Positions 56,321-64,000 of a DNA stretch of 64,000 nt are shown in pieces. The notes beneath the pieces were generated by a model that did not search any database, had not been told where the DNA came from, and saw only the letters and a list, made by a program, of their open reading frames with translations. Origin of the DNA: SAR86 cluster bacterium SAR86B (GTDB lineage Bacteria > Pseudomonadota > Gammaproteobacteria > Magnimaribacterales > D2472); contig CAJJAC010000003.1 in NCBI GenBank assembly GCA_905181955.1, positions 38,114-102,113 on the forward strand, in the 5' to 3' direction. The translations under genes were made by a program, and so were the position numbers. Positions within the stretch are counted from its first letter, which is position 1; each line of letters begins with the position of its first letter.

Positions 56321-58927
56321 TTAAGCGCGAACCCTTTCATTACTGGGATCAAAGATAGACCCCTTACCAACTATCTGAACGGTCATAGGATACATACCAT
56401 CACCATCTTCGTTAAAGTACTCCAATAATAGCGATTTCCCTGTTGTAGCAATATTTTTAGGTAGGTAGCCCATAACTACAAATTTTTTGATGGATGGGCA
56501 GTACGACATACTAGTACTATAAGATCTTCGACCTTTACTATCTATTGGCACTTCACCTGAAGCAGCATCAATGATTGGTGAGATACCGACCGGATAACGC
56601 GAACCAGTTCCTGATACATTTAAGTCATCCAGCGTCATGGTGCATAGAATTGCACTAGGCTCTTCTTCTCGATGAGCAAGATGCGCCGCTTTGCCATGAA
56701 AGTCAGCTTCTTTTACCAGGCGTCTTTCAATAGCTGATTCGCAAGCATTATATTCGCTCTCTAAATCTGCACCTTGAAGTCTAAAGCTTTTTTCAAGACG
56801 TCTACTGTTGGCGTAAGTTTCAATACCAACAGGCACAACCCCCACCTCAAGCAGAGAGTCATAAAGTGCCAGACCCTCTTCACTGTTATTATTCAAATAG
56901 ATTTCCCAGCCGCTTTCGCCGACATAGGAAATACGTGCTGCCCAGACATCAATGGTTTTTCCACCAGATAAATTAAGGGTCAGATATTTTGCAGTTGCAA
57001 AGGGAAAATTCTCTATGCTAATTTCACTAGGATCAACTAAATGGCCCAAGGCATTTTTTGCTTGAGGCCCCCATAATCCTAAAGTTGCTATGTCGTGGGT
57101 GCGGATATTAATGTCTGCTTCTAGCCCCATATCATCTCGATAATTACGCAAGGTTACCCAATCCAGGTTGCCATCAGCACCACCAGTAACTACCCTATAA
57201 CACTCTGCACCTATGCGCGAGATAGTCAGGTCTGCATGAACACCACCATCCTCATCTAGGAAGTTTGTATAAATCATTCTTCCTTCAGAAGTATTGCCAC
57301 CAACCTTCGCCACAGAAAGATACTCGAGCATACTTTCTGCATCTGGACCTTCGATATCCATAATTGCAAAGTGCGATAGATTGATCATCCCAACTGATTC
57401 ACTCATAGCTAAATGTTCTGCGTTAGCAAGTTCGTAAGGTACGTGGCGTCGATCCCATTCGTTTTCTCGGACCGGAACCTCTTGTAAATAATTGTCGAGT
57501 TTTTGTCGATTGCTCTCATAAGCAAGGGCACGTTCCCAGCCAGCAACTTCGTTATCAAAGTAGCCTCCAAGCTCTTTTTCTCTTTCATAAAATGGGCTTA
57601 CGAATAGTTCTCTACTGCTAATATAAGGCTCTCTAGGGTGAACAGCAGGAGTATAGATGGTTTGCGCATTTTCAAAAGATCGTGTTTTAACAAAGTTTTT
57701 TTCTTTTTGCGCGGGATAAAATCTGGCAATATTAAAAGAGCGCATATCAACCTGAGTTTTGCCATTAATCATCGATTCGGCACAGAGCCTTGCACATCCA
57801 GGACCATCCTTAACCCACACTGCTTCGCATAACCAAAAGCCTCTAACTTCAGGACTTTCACCGATCAAAGAACTAGCGTCAGGAGTCACAGATAACAAGC
57901 CATTAAATGAACTTTTTTCATCCCAGCCTAACTCAGCAAGTATAGGCGTTGTTTCAAATGCTTTTTCTAAAGGTTCGGCAATTTGTTCAAGATCTAGGTA
58001 TCTCATTGAGTCAGAAGTCATAGTCTTCGCAGGATTCCCAATGTCTTCAGGGTCAACCAATCGAGGCTCTTTGTCCTCGTAAAAACCCCATTCAAGCATG
58101 CCTCCATGAAGTCTTCCTGTATCTCTAACATAAGCTGAATTACCTTGATCACGAAGTAGTGGATACACGAGTAATTCTTTTGTTCCTTGTATTTCTGGAA
58201 GTGGGCCAAAAAATAATAAAGGGTGTTCCACTGGCATGAGCGGAATTGGAACGCCAGCCATTTTCCCTATTAAAGGTCCCCAGATTCCCGATGCAATTAC
58301 AACTTTGTCAGTTTTAATTATTCCTTTATCCGTTTTGACTCCAGTAATACGACCATTCTCAATTTCAAAACCTGTAGCTGGTGTGTCAGTGTATGTAGTT
58401 AGAGCACCTTTCTCTTTCGCACTTTCTACAGCAAAGTTCACCACATCTTGTGAGCGGGGTGTTACTAGACCAGCATCCGGATCCCACATTGCACCGCGGA
58501 TTGATTTTTCTTCTAATAAAGGAAATTTTTCTTTAGCTTCGGCTGCAGAAATTAATCTGACATTAGTGCCAAAGGCTTTGCCTGATGCAACCTTTCGCTT
58601 AAGCTCCTCCCAGCGCGCATCATCATCTTTCCGACAGATTTCAAGACCTCCCTTTTTTAAAAAGAAGCCATTGTCTTCATAAAACTTTCTACTAAAGTCG
58701 GTTGCCCAACAACCTAATTTGTCATGAGTTGTGTTGTAGACAAAGTCTGAAGCATGAGCAGTTGACGCTATATCTGAAGGAATTATGGTAGATTTTTCCA
58801 AGCCGACGATATTTTTTTGGCCAAGCTCTGTTAGCCAATATGCGAGCATCGATCCAACAATACCACCTACACCGACAATAACCACTTCGGCTTCAGTAGG
58901 GAATTTAGAGGTCTTTTTATCGGTCAT
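56321..58927 (-). CDS. Dimethylglycine/sarcosine dehydrogenase family enzyme (FAD oxidoreductase fused to GcvT-like folate-binding domain)
   Basis: 868 aa. N-terminal dinucleotide fold is VVIVGVGGIVGSMLAYWL. The DAO-type domain is followed by an aminomethyltransferase-like C-terminal half (YVGESGWEIY). Adjacent to bhmt. Confidence 0.85.
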   Translation of the reverse strand: MTDKKTSKFPTEAEVVIVGVGGIVGSMLAYWLTELGQKNIVGLEKSTIIPSDIASTAHASDFVYNTTHDKLGCWATDFSRKFYEDNGFFLKKGGLEICRKDDDARWEELKRKVASGKAFGTNVRLISAAEAKEKFPLLEEKSIRGAMWDPDAGLVTPRSQDVVNFAVESAKEKGALTTYTDTPATGFEIENGRITGVKTDKGIIKTDKVVIASGIWGPLIGKMAGVPIPLMPVEHPLLFFGPLPEIQGTKELLVYPLLRDQGNSAYVRDTGRLHGGMLEWGFYEDKEPRLVDPEDIGNPAKTMTSDSMRYLDLEQIAEPLEKAFETTPILAELGWDEKSSFNGLLSVTPDASSLIGESPEVRGFWLCEAVWVKDGPGCARLCAESMINGKTQVDMRSFNIARFYPAQKEKNFVKTRSFENAQTIYTPAVHPREPYISSRELFVSPFYEREKELGGYFDNEVAGWERALAYESNRQKLDNYLQEVPVRENEWDRRHVPYELANAEHLAMSESVGMINLSHFAIMDIEGPDAESMLEYLSVAKVGGNTSEGRMIYTNFLDEDGGVHADLTISRIGAECYRVVTGGADGNLDWVTLRNYRDDMGLEADINIRTHDIATLGLWGPQAKNALGHLVDPSEISIENFPFATAKYLTLNLSGGKTIDVWAARISYVGESGWEIYLNNNSEEGLALYDSLLEVGVVPVGIETYANSRRLEKSFRLQGADLESEYNACESAIERRLVKEADFHGKAAHLAHREEEPSAILCTMTLDDLNVSGTGSRYPVGISPIIDAASGEVPIDSKGRRSYSTSMSYCPSIKKFVVMGYLPKNIATTGKSLLLEYFNEDGDGMYPMTVQIVGKGSIFDPSNERVRA

Positions 58928-59131
58928 AATATCTGTCTCACGGCTATTTTTAGTCTCTTAATCGATTAAACTCTAATTTTTATATTTTGTAAATCAAAAT
59001 ATTTAACACCCATAAGGCTAGGAAATAATTTTGAATTTGAGGATGAAATCCTGTGTTTACAGGCATATAAATGTTTATTGCAAAATTGCTAAAATAATCT
59101 TAAAAGAGCCTATAAAAGATGCGGTAAGTTC

Positions 59132-59401
59132 TTAGTCTAGAGCTTTAAAACCAGATGCTTTCTCATAATCTTCATTGTTAATAAATTTATACATTTGAAC
59201 TAGCAACCATTCTCTGCTTTCAGGATTAGACATATCTAAACGTTTTTCATTGATCAATGTGGTTTGATGAGACTTCCATTCATCCCACGCTTTTTGAGAA
59301 ATAGAACCCATTAACTCTTGCCCTCTAGCTCCAGGCATTGGCGGTATTTGAAGAGCTGGCAGATCTTCTTTAAATTTTTTACAGAATATTGTTTCACTCA
59401 T
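59132..59401 (-). CDS. yggX: Fe(2+)-trafficking protein YggX
   Basis: 89 aa. Contains IFCKKFKEDLPALQIPPMPGARGQEL and INEKRL. Overlaps the mutY 3' end in the conserved mutY-yggX order. Confidence 0.9.
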   Translation of the reverse strand: MSETIFCKKFKEDLPALQIPPMPGARGQELMGSISQKAWDEWKSHQTTLINEKRLDMSNPESREWLLVQMYKFINNEDYEKASGFKALD

Positions 59402-60420
59402 AAGCTTAAAATAATTTTTTTAATTGGAGCAGGCATCCCAAAACTGTCAATATCAGATTTTCTTATCCAGCGATGCTCTATATTTGTTTTCACTTTAAAA
59501 ATTTTATCATATCTTAATAAGCTAATACTTAGATTTAAATCTAAGTGGGTTAGTTTATGTTTTTTTTGAATATTTTTCTGAGTAGATGATTTGGATTTAA
59601 CTATTTTATGAATTCTTGGATATTCAGAAGGTAGCCACAAACCATCCCAAAAAGTTTTTTCATTTCTTTTAAATAAAAGGAAATCATTTTTAGTATAGGC
59701 AAGAGTGAAATTAATATCTTTGACAGGTTTTATTTTAAGAACCTTAGCTGCTTTTAATGGCTCTTTAGTTTTAAATGCAGAACTACATATTTGATTCAAT
59801 GGACAAAAATTACAACTAGGGTCTTTAGGCTTACAAATTGTTGCTCCTAAATCCATAATCCCCTGAGTGTATTCAAAGATATTATTTGCTGGAGTGACAT
59901 CCCTTGAAACCTCCCAAAGTTGTTTATTTCTTTTGGAATTAGATTGCTCGTTAATACTTGAGTACCTTGATAAAACTCTTTTTACATTAGCGTCAAGAAT
60001 TGGATAAGATTTTTTATAAGCAATTGACATGATTGCTCCTGCTGTTGACTCCCCAATACCAGGCAATAATTTAAGGTCTTCAAATTTTTGAGGAAATTTA
60101 TTTTTAAATTCTGTCTTGATTATTTCTTTTGCCTTAAAGATATTTCTAGCTCTTCTATAAAATCCTAATCCTGACCATAAAGCTATAACCTCATCTTCAG
60201 TTGCGTCCATAAAAGAAGGTAATGTAGGAAATTCTTTAAGAAACCTTTCGTAATATGGAATAACTGTTTTAACTTGCGTTTGTTGCAACATAATCTCAGA
60301 AATCCAAACTCTATATGGAGAGATATTAGATCTCCATGGTAAATTTTTTCTTCCTTGAGATTTATACCAGTCAATAACAAGACTGCTGAGATTCATATTA
60401 TCTTTTTGAAGATTAATCAT
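59398..60420 (-). CDS. mutY: A/G-specific adenine DNA glycosylase MutY
   Basis: 340 aa. Contains LPWRSNISPYRVWISEIMLQQTQV, the HhH-GPD motif LPGIGESTAGAI, and the 4Fe-4S cluster CxxxxxxCxxCxxxxxC (CKPKDPSCNFCPLNQIC). Confidence 0.9.
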   Translation of the reverse strand: MINLQKDNMNLSSLVIDWYKSQGRKNLPWRSNISPYRVWISEIMLQQTQVKTVIPYYERFLKEFPTLPSFMDATEDEVIALWSGLGFYRRARNIFKAKEIIKTEFKNKFPQKFEDLKLLPGIGESTAGAIMSIAYKKSYPILDANVKRVLSRYSSINEQSNSKRNKQLWEVSRDVTPANNIFEYTQGIMDLGATICKPKDPSCNFCPLNQICSSAFKTKEPLKAAKVLKIKPVKDINFTLAYTKNDFLLFKRNEKTFWDGLWLPSEYPRIHKIVKSKSSTQKNIQKKHKLTHLDLNLSISLLRYDKIFKVKTNIEHRWIRKSDIDSFGMPAPIKKIILSL

Positions 60421-61043
60421 TCATAGAGGTTTGCTTTTAAAGAAATAGAGCCATCTTCATTAAAAAGATAATGAATAGGGGCACCGGTAGGTATTTCTAA
60501 TTTTACAATCTCTTTCTCTGATATCTCATCTAACTGCATTATTAAAGCTCTAAGAGAATTGCCATGAGCTGCAATAAGAATATTTTGACCATCAATTACT
60601 CTTGGCATAATTTTTTCATTAAAATAAGGTAGAACTCTTTCAGCAGTATTTTTTAAACTCTCTCCATCAGGAGGAGGTATGTCATAAGACCTTCTCCAGA
60701 TATGAACTTGCTCTTCTCCCCACTTCTCCCTTGCATCATCTTTATTTAGTCCAGACAAGCTTCCATAATCTCTTTCATTTAATGCCTGATTTTTAATTAT
60801 AGGTATACCTTCTTGGTTTATTTCACCAAGAATGAGATCCCCAGTTAATTGAGCTCTTTTTAAATCTGAAGTAAACATAGAATCAAAATCTATATTGGTA
60901 TCTTTAATAAGTTGCCCAGCCTTTCTGGCTTCATCATAGCCAAGTGAGGTAAGTCCAGGATTCTTCCATCCTGTAAATAGATTTTTTTCATTCCATTCAC
61001 TTTGGCCATGTCTGACTATGATTAAATTTCTTTTTAAGCTCAT
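60417..61043 (-). CDS. gpmA: 2,3-bisphosphoglycerate-dependent phosphoglycerate mutase (short form)
   Basis: 208 aa. Contains the catalytic LIIVRHGQSEWNEKNLFTGW and AAHGNSLRAL. Confidence 0.85.
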   Translation of the reverse strand: MSLKRNLIIVRHGQSEWNEKNLFTGWKNPGLTSLGYDEARKAGQLIKDTNIDFDSMFTSDLKRAQLTGDLILGEINQEGIPIIKNQALNERDYGSLSGLNKDDAREKWGEEQVHIWRRSYDIPPPDGESLKNTAERVLPYFNEKIMPRVIDGQNILIAAHGNSLRALIMQLDEISEKEIVKLEIPTGAPIHYLFNEDGSISLKANLYE

Positions 61044-61093
61044 TTATTAACTCCTTTAAACACAAGTGACTTATTTTAAGAGATAATACGCAT

Positions 61094-61510
61094 ATGATCG
61101 AATTCAATTTATTTTTAATAGATTATTGGTATTTATCTTTTCCACTATTCTTAACTATTATCTTATGGTCTCGCCATGAAATGAATAGGGGAGGCAATAA
61201 AATATCATGCTCAGATTTAACTCAGTTAGTTAATAAAAATGCTGCCTCTGTTATTGATTTAAGAACTTCTGATGAATTTGATATCGGCCATATTCCTAAT
61301 TCAGTAAATATGCCTCATGACGATTTTGATAACTACAGTCATCAAATTTCATCTGATTTAGAGAAGCCAATCATTTTGATTTGCTCAATGGGCAGACAGT
61401 CAGCATCCATTGGCGAGACTTTAATGAAAATGGAATATACAAATGTAAATATTTTGACTGGCGGTATCATGACATGGCAACAAGAAGGCTTGCCATTAGT
61501 TACTAAATAA
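61094..61510 (+). CDS. Membrane-anchored rhodanese-domain protein (YibN-like)
   Basis: 138 aa. N-terminal TM segment and a rhodanese fold with the active-site loop CSMGRQS. Confidence 0.75.
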   Translation: MIEFNLFLIDYWYLSFPLFLTIILWSRHEMNRGGNKISCSDLTQLVNKNAASVIDLRTSDEFDIGHIPNSVNMPHDDFDNYSHQISSDLEKPIILICSMGRQSASIGETLMKMEYTNVNILTGGIMTWQQEGLPLVTK

Positions 61511-61515
61511 AATAT

Positions 61516-62895
61516 TTATAATCCCAATTCTTTTATTTTCTTACTTAGGGTGTTTCTTCCCCACCCTAGTAATATAGCTGCTTCATTTTTACGACCATTG
61601 GTTTTATCAAGAGCTGTTTGTATTAATATTTTATCAAGCTTAGGCCCAACAATATCTAGTAAATCAGAATCCTTGGTATCAGATAAGTCTTTTAACCATA
61701 ATGCTAGACCTCTCTCCCAATCCAATGATGCTTCTGATTCTACAATTTCATGATCTTTTATTTCACTTGGTAAATCTTCAACTTTTATATTTTGAGTTGG
61801 AGACATTAATGTTAACCAATAACAAATATTTTCTAACTGTCGCACATTGCCTGGCCAATCATATTTTTCTAAATACTCTAACGCTTCCTTGCTAAGAACT
61901 CTTAACTCCTCTCCAAGAGAATCAGAGTGCATTTTTAAAAATGCTGTTGCGAGTAACTTAATATCATCGATCCTTTCTTTTAGTTTTGGGACTTCAATTC
62001 TTATAACATTTAATCTATAAAATAAGTCTTCTCTAAACCTTGAAAGGCTCACAAGGCTATGGAGATCTTGGTGTGTGGCAGCCAAAATTCTTACATCTAC
62101 CTTTATGGGCTTATCTCCACCAACTCTATAAAATTCTTTATTAGACAAAACTCTAAGTAATCTTGTTTGGCACTCTAAAGGCATATCCCCAATCTCATCT
62201 AAGAATAATGTTCCACCGTTAGCTTGCTCAAATCTCCCTATTCTTCTATCTACAGCTCCAGTGAAAGCTCCTTTCTCATGCCCAAATAATTCAGATTCAA
62301 CAAGTTCTTTTGGTATATCTGCCATATTTAATGCAACAAAAGGCATGTCATATCTAGGACTATTTTTATGCAATGATTTAGCAATAAGCTCTTTGCCAGT
62401 TCCTGACTGACCCTGAATAAGAACCGTAGCATTAGTATTAGCTAACTTACCTATAGCTCTAAATACCAACTGCATCGATGACGCTTTACCAATAATCTCA
62501 GAAGATGGTTTGACTTTAAGGCCTTTAGTTTTAGGTTTTCCTTCTAAGGCACGATTCATAATCTCTATCGCCTCATCTAGATCAAAAGGTTTTGGCATAT
62601 ATTCAAATGCTCCGCCTCCATATGAATCAATTGCAGCCTGCATGTCTGTAAAAGCAGTCATTATAATCACTGGTATGTGATCAAAATTATCATTAATATG
62701 TTTCAGCAAGTCATATCCATGAGTTCCTGGCATTTTTATATCAGTAATGATTAAGTCAGGTTGATCGGTTTTAAGCTGTTCTATTAAGCTATCAGCATTT
62801 GAGAAAATGCTCGTTAGAAAACCAGCGCTTTTCAAGCTTTCTTCTAACACCATTCTGATTGCTTCATCATCATCAGCTACCCAAATTTTATGCAT
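61516..62895 (-). CDS. ntrC: Sigma-54-dependent nitrogen response regulator NtrC
   Basis: 459 aa. Receiver domain (DLIITDIKMPG), AAA+ domain (GQSGTGKE, the sigma-54 contact motif GAFTGA, and RFREDLFYRLNV), and a C-terminal HTH. Overlaps ntrB. Confidence 0.9.
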   Translation of the reverse strand: MHKIWVADDDEAIRMVLEESLKSAGFLTSIFSNADSLIEQLKTDQPDLIITDIKMPGTHGYDLLKHINDNFDHIPVIIMTAFTDMQAAIDSYGGGAFEYMPKPFDLDEAIEIMNRALEGKPKTKGLKVKPSSEIIGKASSMQLVFRAIGKLANTNATVLIQGQSGTGKELIAKSLHKNSPRYDMPFVALNMADIPKELVESELFGHEKGAFTGAVDRRIGRFEQANGGTLFLDEIGDMPLECQTRLLRVLSNKEFYRVGGDKPIKVDVRILAATHQDLHSLVSLSRFREDLFYRLNVIRIEVPKLKERIDDIKLLATAFLKMHSDSLGEELRVLSKEALEYLEKYDWPGNVRQLENICYWLTLMSPTQNIKVEDLPSEIKDHEIVESEASLDWERGLALWLKDLSDTKDSDLLDIVGPKLDKILIQTALDKTNGRKNEAAILLGWGRNTLSKKIKELGL

Positions 62896-63976
62896 TGACT
62901 ACTCCTTTCAGTTGAACAGCAGACATAGGCAATAAAATTGAGAAAACAGTTTTCTCAGGCTTGCTAGAAAAAGAAATAGAACCCCCATGAATTCTAATAA
63001 TATCTTGAGCTATTGATAACCCAAGTCCAGAGCCATCTTCCTTGGTTGACATCATTGGAAAGAAAACTTGCTCTTGGATTTCATTAGGTATTCCTGGTCC
63101 ATTATCAGTAATATCAATCTGACATACTGTAGAAAAAACTTTGCCATTAATAGGTTGGCTATAAGATATTCGTGAAGATAGAGTTATAGAAGATCCTTCT
63201 TTTTCAACATCAACAGCCTGCATGGCATTTTTTACAATATTCAGAATGGCATGAATAAATAGATTTTCATCCCCTTCAATATCAGGGATACTTGGGTCAT
63301 AATCTCTTATTAAATTAAAGTTTTTATCTTGTTCTGCCAAAGCTAGAGAATGAACTCTTTCCAATGCAGAATGAATATTAAAAGGCTCTAGATTGGGTTT
63401 CTTGGGTGGAGTTAATATTTTACTTACAAGAGAATTTAAGCGATCTGTTTCATCAATAATTATTTTTAAGAATTTAGTTGAAAATGCATCCTTCCATTTT
63501 GAGCTAAGTAATTGAGCGCTGCCCTTTATTCCAGATAAAGGATTTTTAACTTCATGAGCTAGAGTTCTAGCTAAATTAGCAGCAATTTTCTGAGAAGAAA
63601 CCATTTTAGATGAATCAATAATTTTATTTAGATTATCAACACTCATAACTTCCAGAATTATGCATTCATATGTTGGTGAGAAAGATACGGTAAGGTCCAC
63701 CTCTCGAGAAGATTTATTATTAGATATAAGCTCAAAATCTCTTTTGGTAATAGACTTACGATCTTTTAACGCCATGCCAATAATTCTTTTAACTTCACGC
63801 TCTGTATCGAGAGAAAGAAAATTTGAATAAGAAGAAGGATCTTTCGAATCTTTAGTCCAACCATTAGCAAGCGCAGAATCATTAATCCACAAAAGATTAA
63901 GAGATGAATCTAAAATAATAATCTCAGTAGTTAAGTGATTTAGTAATGATGTATCTAATTTTTCTATATTGGCCAT
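62888..63976 (-). CDS. ntrB: Nitrogen regulation sensor histidine kinase NtrB
   Basis: 362 aa, cytoplasmic. PAS-like N-terminus, H-box LAHEVKNPLSGIKG, N-box NIVKNAMQA, and G-boxes DNGPGIP and GSGLGLS. AAGGAG lies upstream. Confidence 0.85.
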   Translation of the reverse strand: MANIEKLDTSLLNHLTTEIIILDSSLNLLWINDSALANGWTKDSKDPSSYSNFLSLDTEREVKRIIGMALKDRKSITKRDFELISNNKSSREVDLTVSFSPTYECIILEVMSVDNLNKIIDSSKMVSSQKIAANLARTLAHEVKNPLSGIKGSAQLLSSKWKDAFSTKFLKIIIDETDRLNSLVSKILTPPKKPNLEPFNIHSALERVHSLALAEQDKNFNLIRDYDPSIPDIEGDENLFIHAILNIVKNAMQAVDVEKEGSSITLSSRISYSQPINGKVFSTVCQIDITDNGPGIPNEIQEQVFFPMMSTKEDGSGLGLSIAQDIIRIHGGSISFSSKPEKTVFSILLPMSAVQLKGVVNA

Positions 63977-64000
63977 TAGATAAGATCAGCTCCTTTTTCA

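Noticed and set aside
57759-58682. Long + strand ORFs (107 aa and 148 aa, plus several of about 64 aa) inside the dehydrogenase gene
   Set aside because: They are antisense to a well-supported 868-aa enzyme. The higher G+C of this gene reduces stop-codon frequency on the opposite strand. The products are low-complexity (Ser/Pro/Ala-rich) with no start context.
58928-59131. 204-nt region upstream of the dimethylglycine/sarcosine dehydrogenase gene, examined as a possible glycine riboswitch or sigma-54 promoter
   Set aside because: I could not find the conserved GC-rich glycine-riboswitch strings (GGAGA... ACCGAAGGGGCAA-type) or a GG-N10-GC sigma-54 element. Only short hairpins (CCTGT-aaac-ACAGG, AGGAT-ttc-ATCCT) and a TAATCGATTA palindrome are present. 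It is still worth a cmsearch, but nothing is callable by eye.
1-64000. Search for CRISPR arrays, IS elements or inverted terminal repeats, integrases, phage genes, toxin-antitoxin or known defence genes, and rRNA
   Set aside because: None were seen. All ORFs of at least 60 aa are accounted for by housekeeping, transport or metabolic genes or by antisense shadows. No regularly spaced direct repeats were noticed by eye, though a computational repeat scan would be more reliable.

Overview
The window is AT-rich (roughly one-third G+C by eye) and extremely gene-dense. I support about 68 protein-coding genes plus one tRNA-Phe. Most gene junctions are under 20 nt or overlap, as ATGA, TAATG or TAGTG junctions or as shared stops between convergent genes. 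Gene content and local synteny are gammaproteobacterial: yggS-proC-yggT-metX-metW-rdgB-hemW, argS/efp, lgt-thyA-folA next to rppH, yggX-mutY, ntrBC, rpoH, lipB-lipA and gcvTHP. This fits a streamlined marine gammaproteobacterium; a SAR86-like lineage is only a guess. I found no IS elements, integrases, prophage genes, CRISPR arrays or recognisable defence or toxin-antitoxin modules. It is mostly core chromosome with a few accessory-looking modules. (1) TRAP permease genes dctQM are translationally coupled to a PNGase F-like lipoprotein, while the only TRAP binding-protein gene sits about 3 kb away on the other strand. (2) A five-gene MacB-type ABC operon encodes a periplasmic adaptor, an ATPase and three separate FtsX-type permeases. 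(3) A six-gene TonB2-type cluster (DUF3450, long TtpC-like ExbB paralog, ExbB, ExbD, TonB, TPR) has no receptor gene nearby. (4) A glycine-betaine demethylation pair (BHMT and a dimethylglycine/sarcosine dehydrogenase) brackets tRNA-Phe, has clearly elevated G+C, and follows the longest untranslated leader in the window. (5) A CysQ homolog carries an inserted hydrophobic hairpin. I did not see a clear-cut new system; items 1 and 2 are the best candidates. All calls come from reading the translations and sequence by eye. No database search was run.
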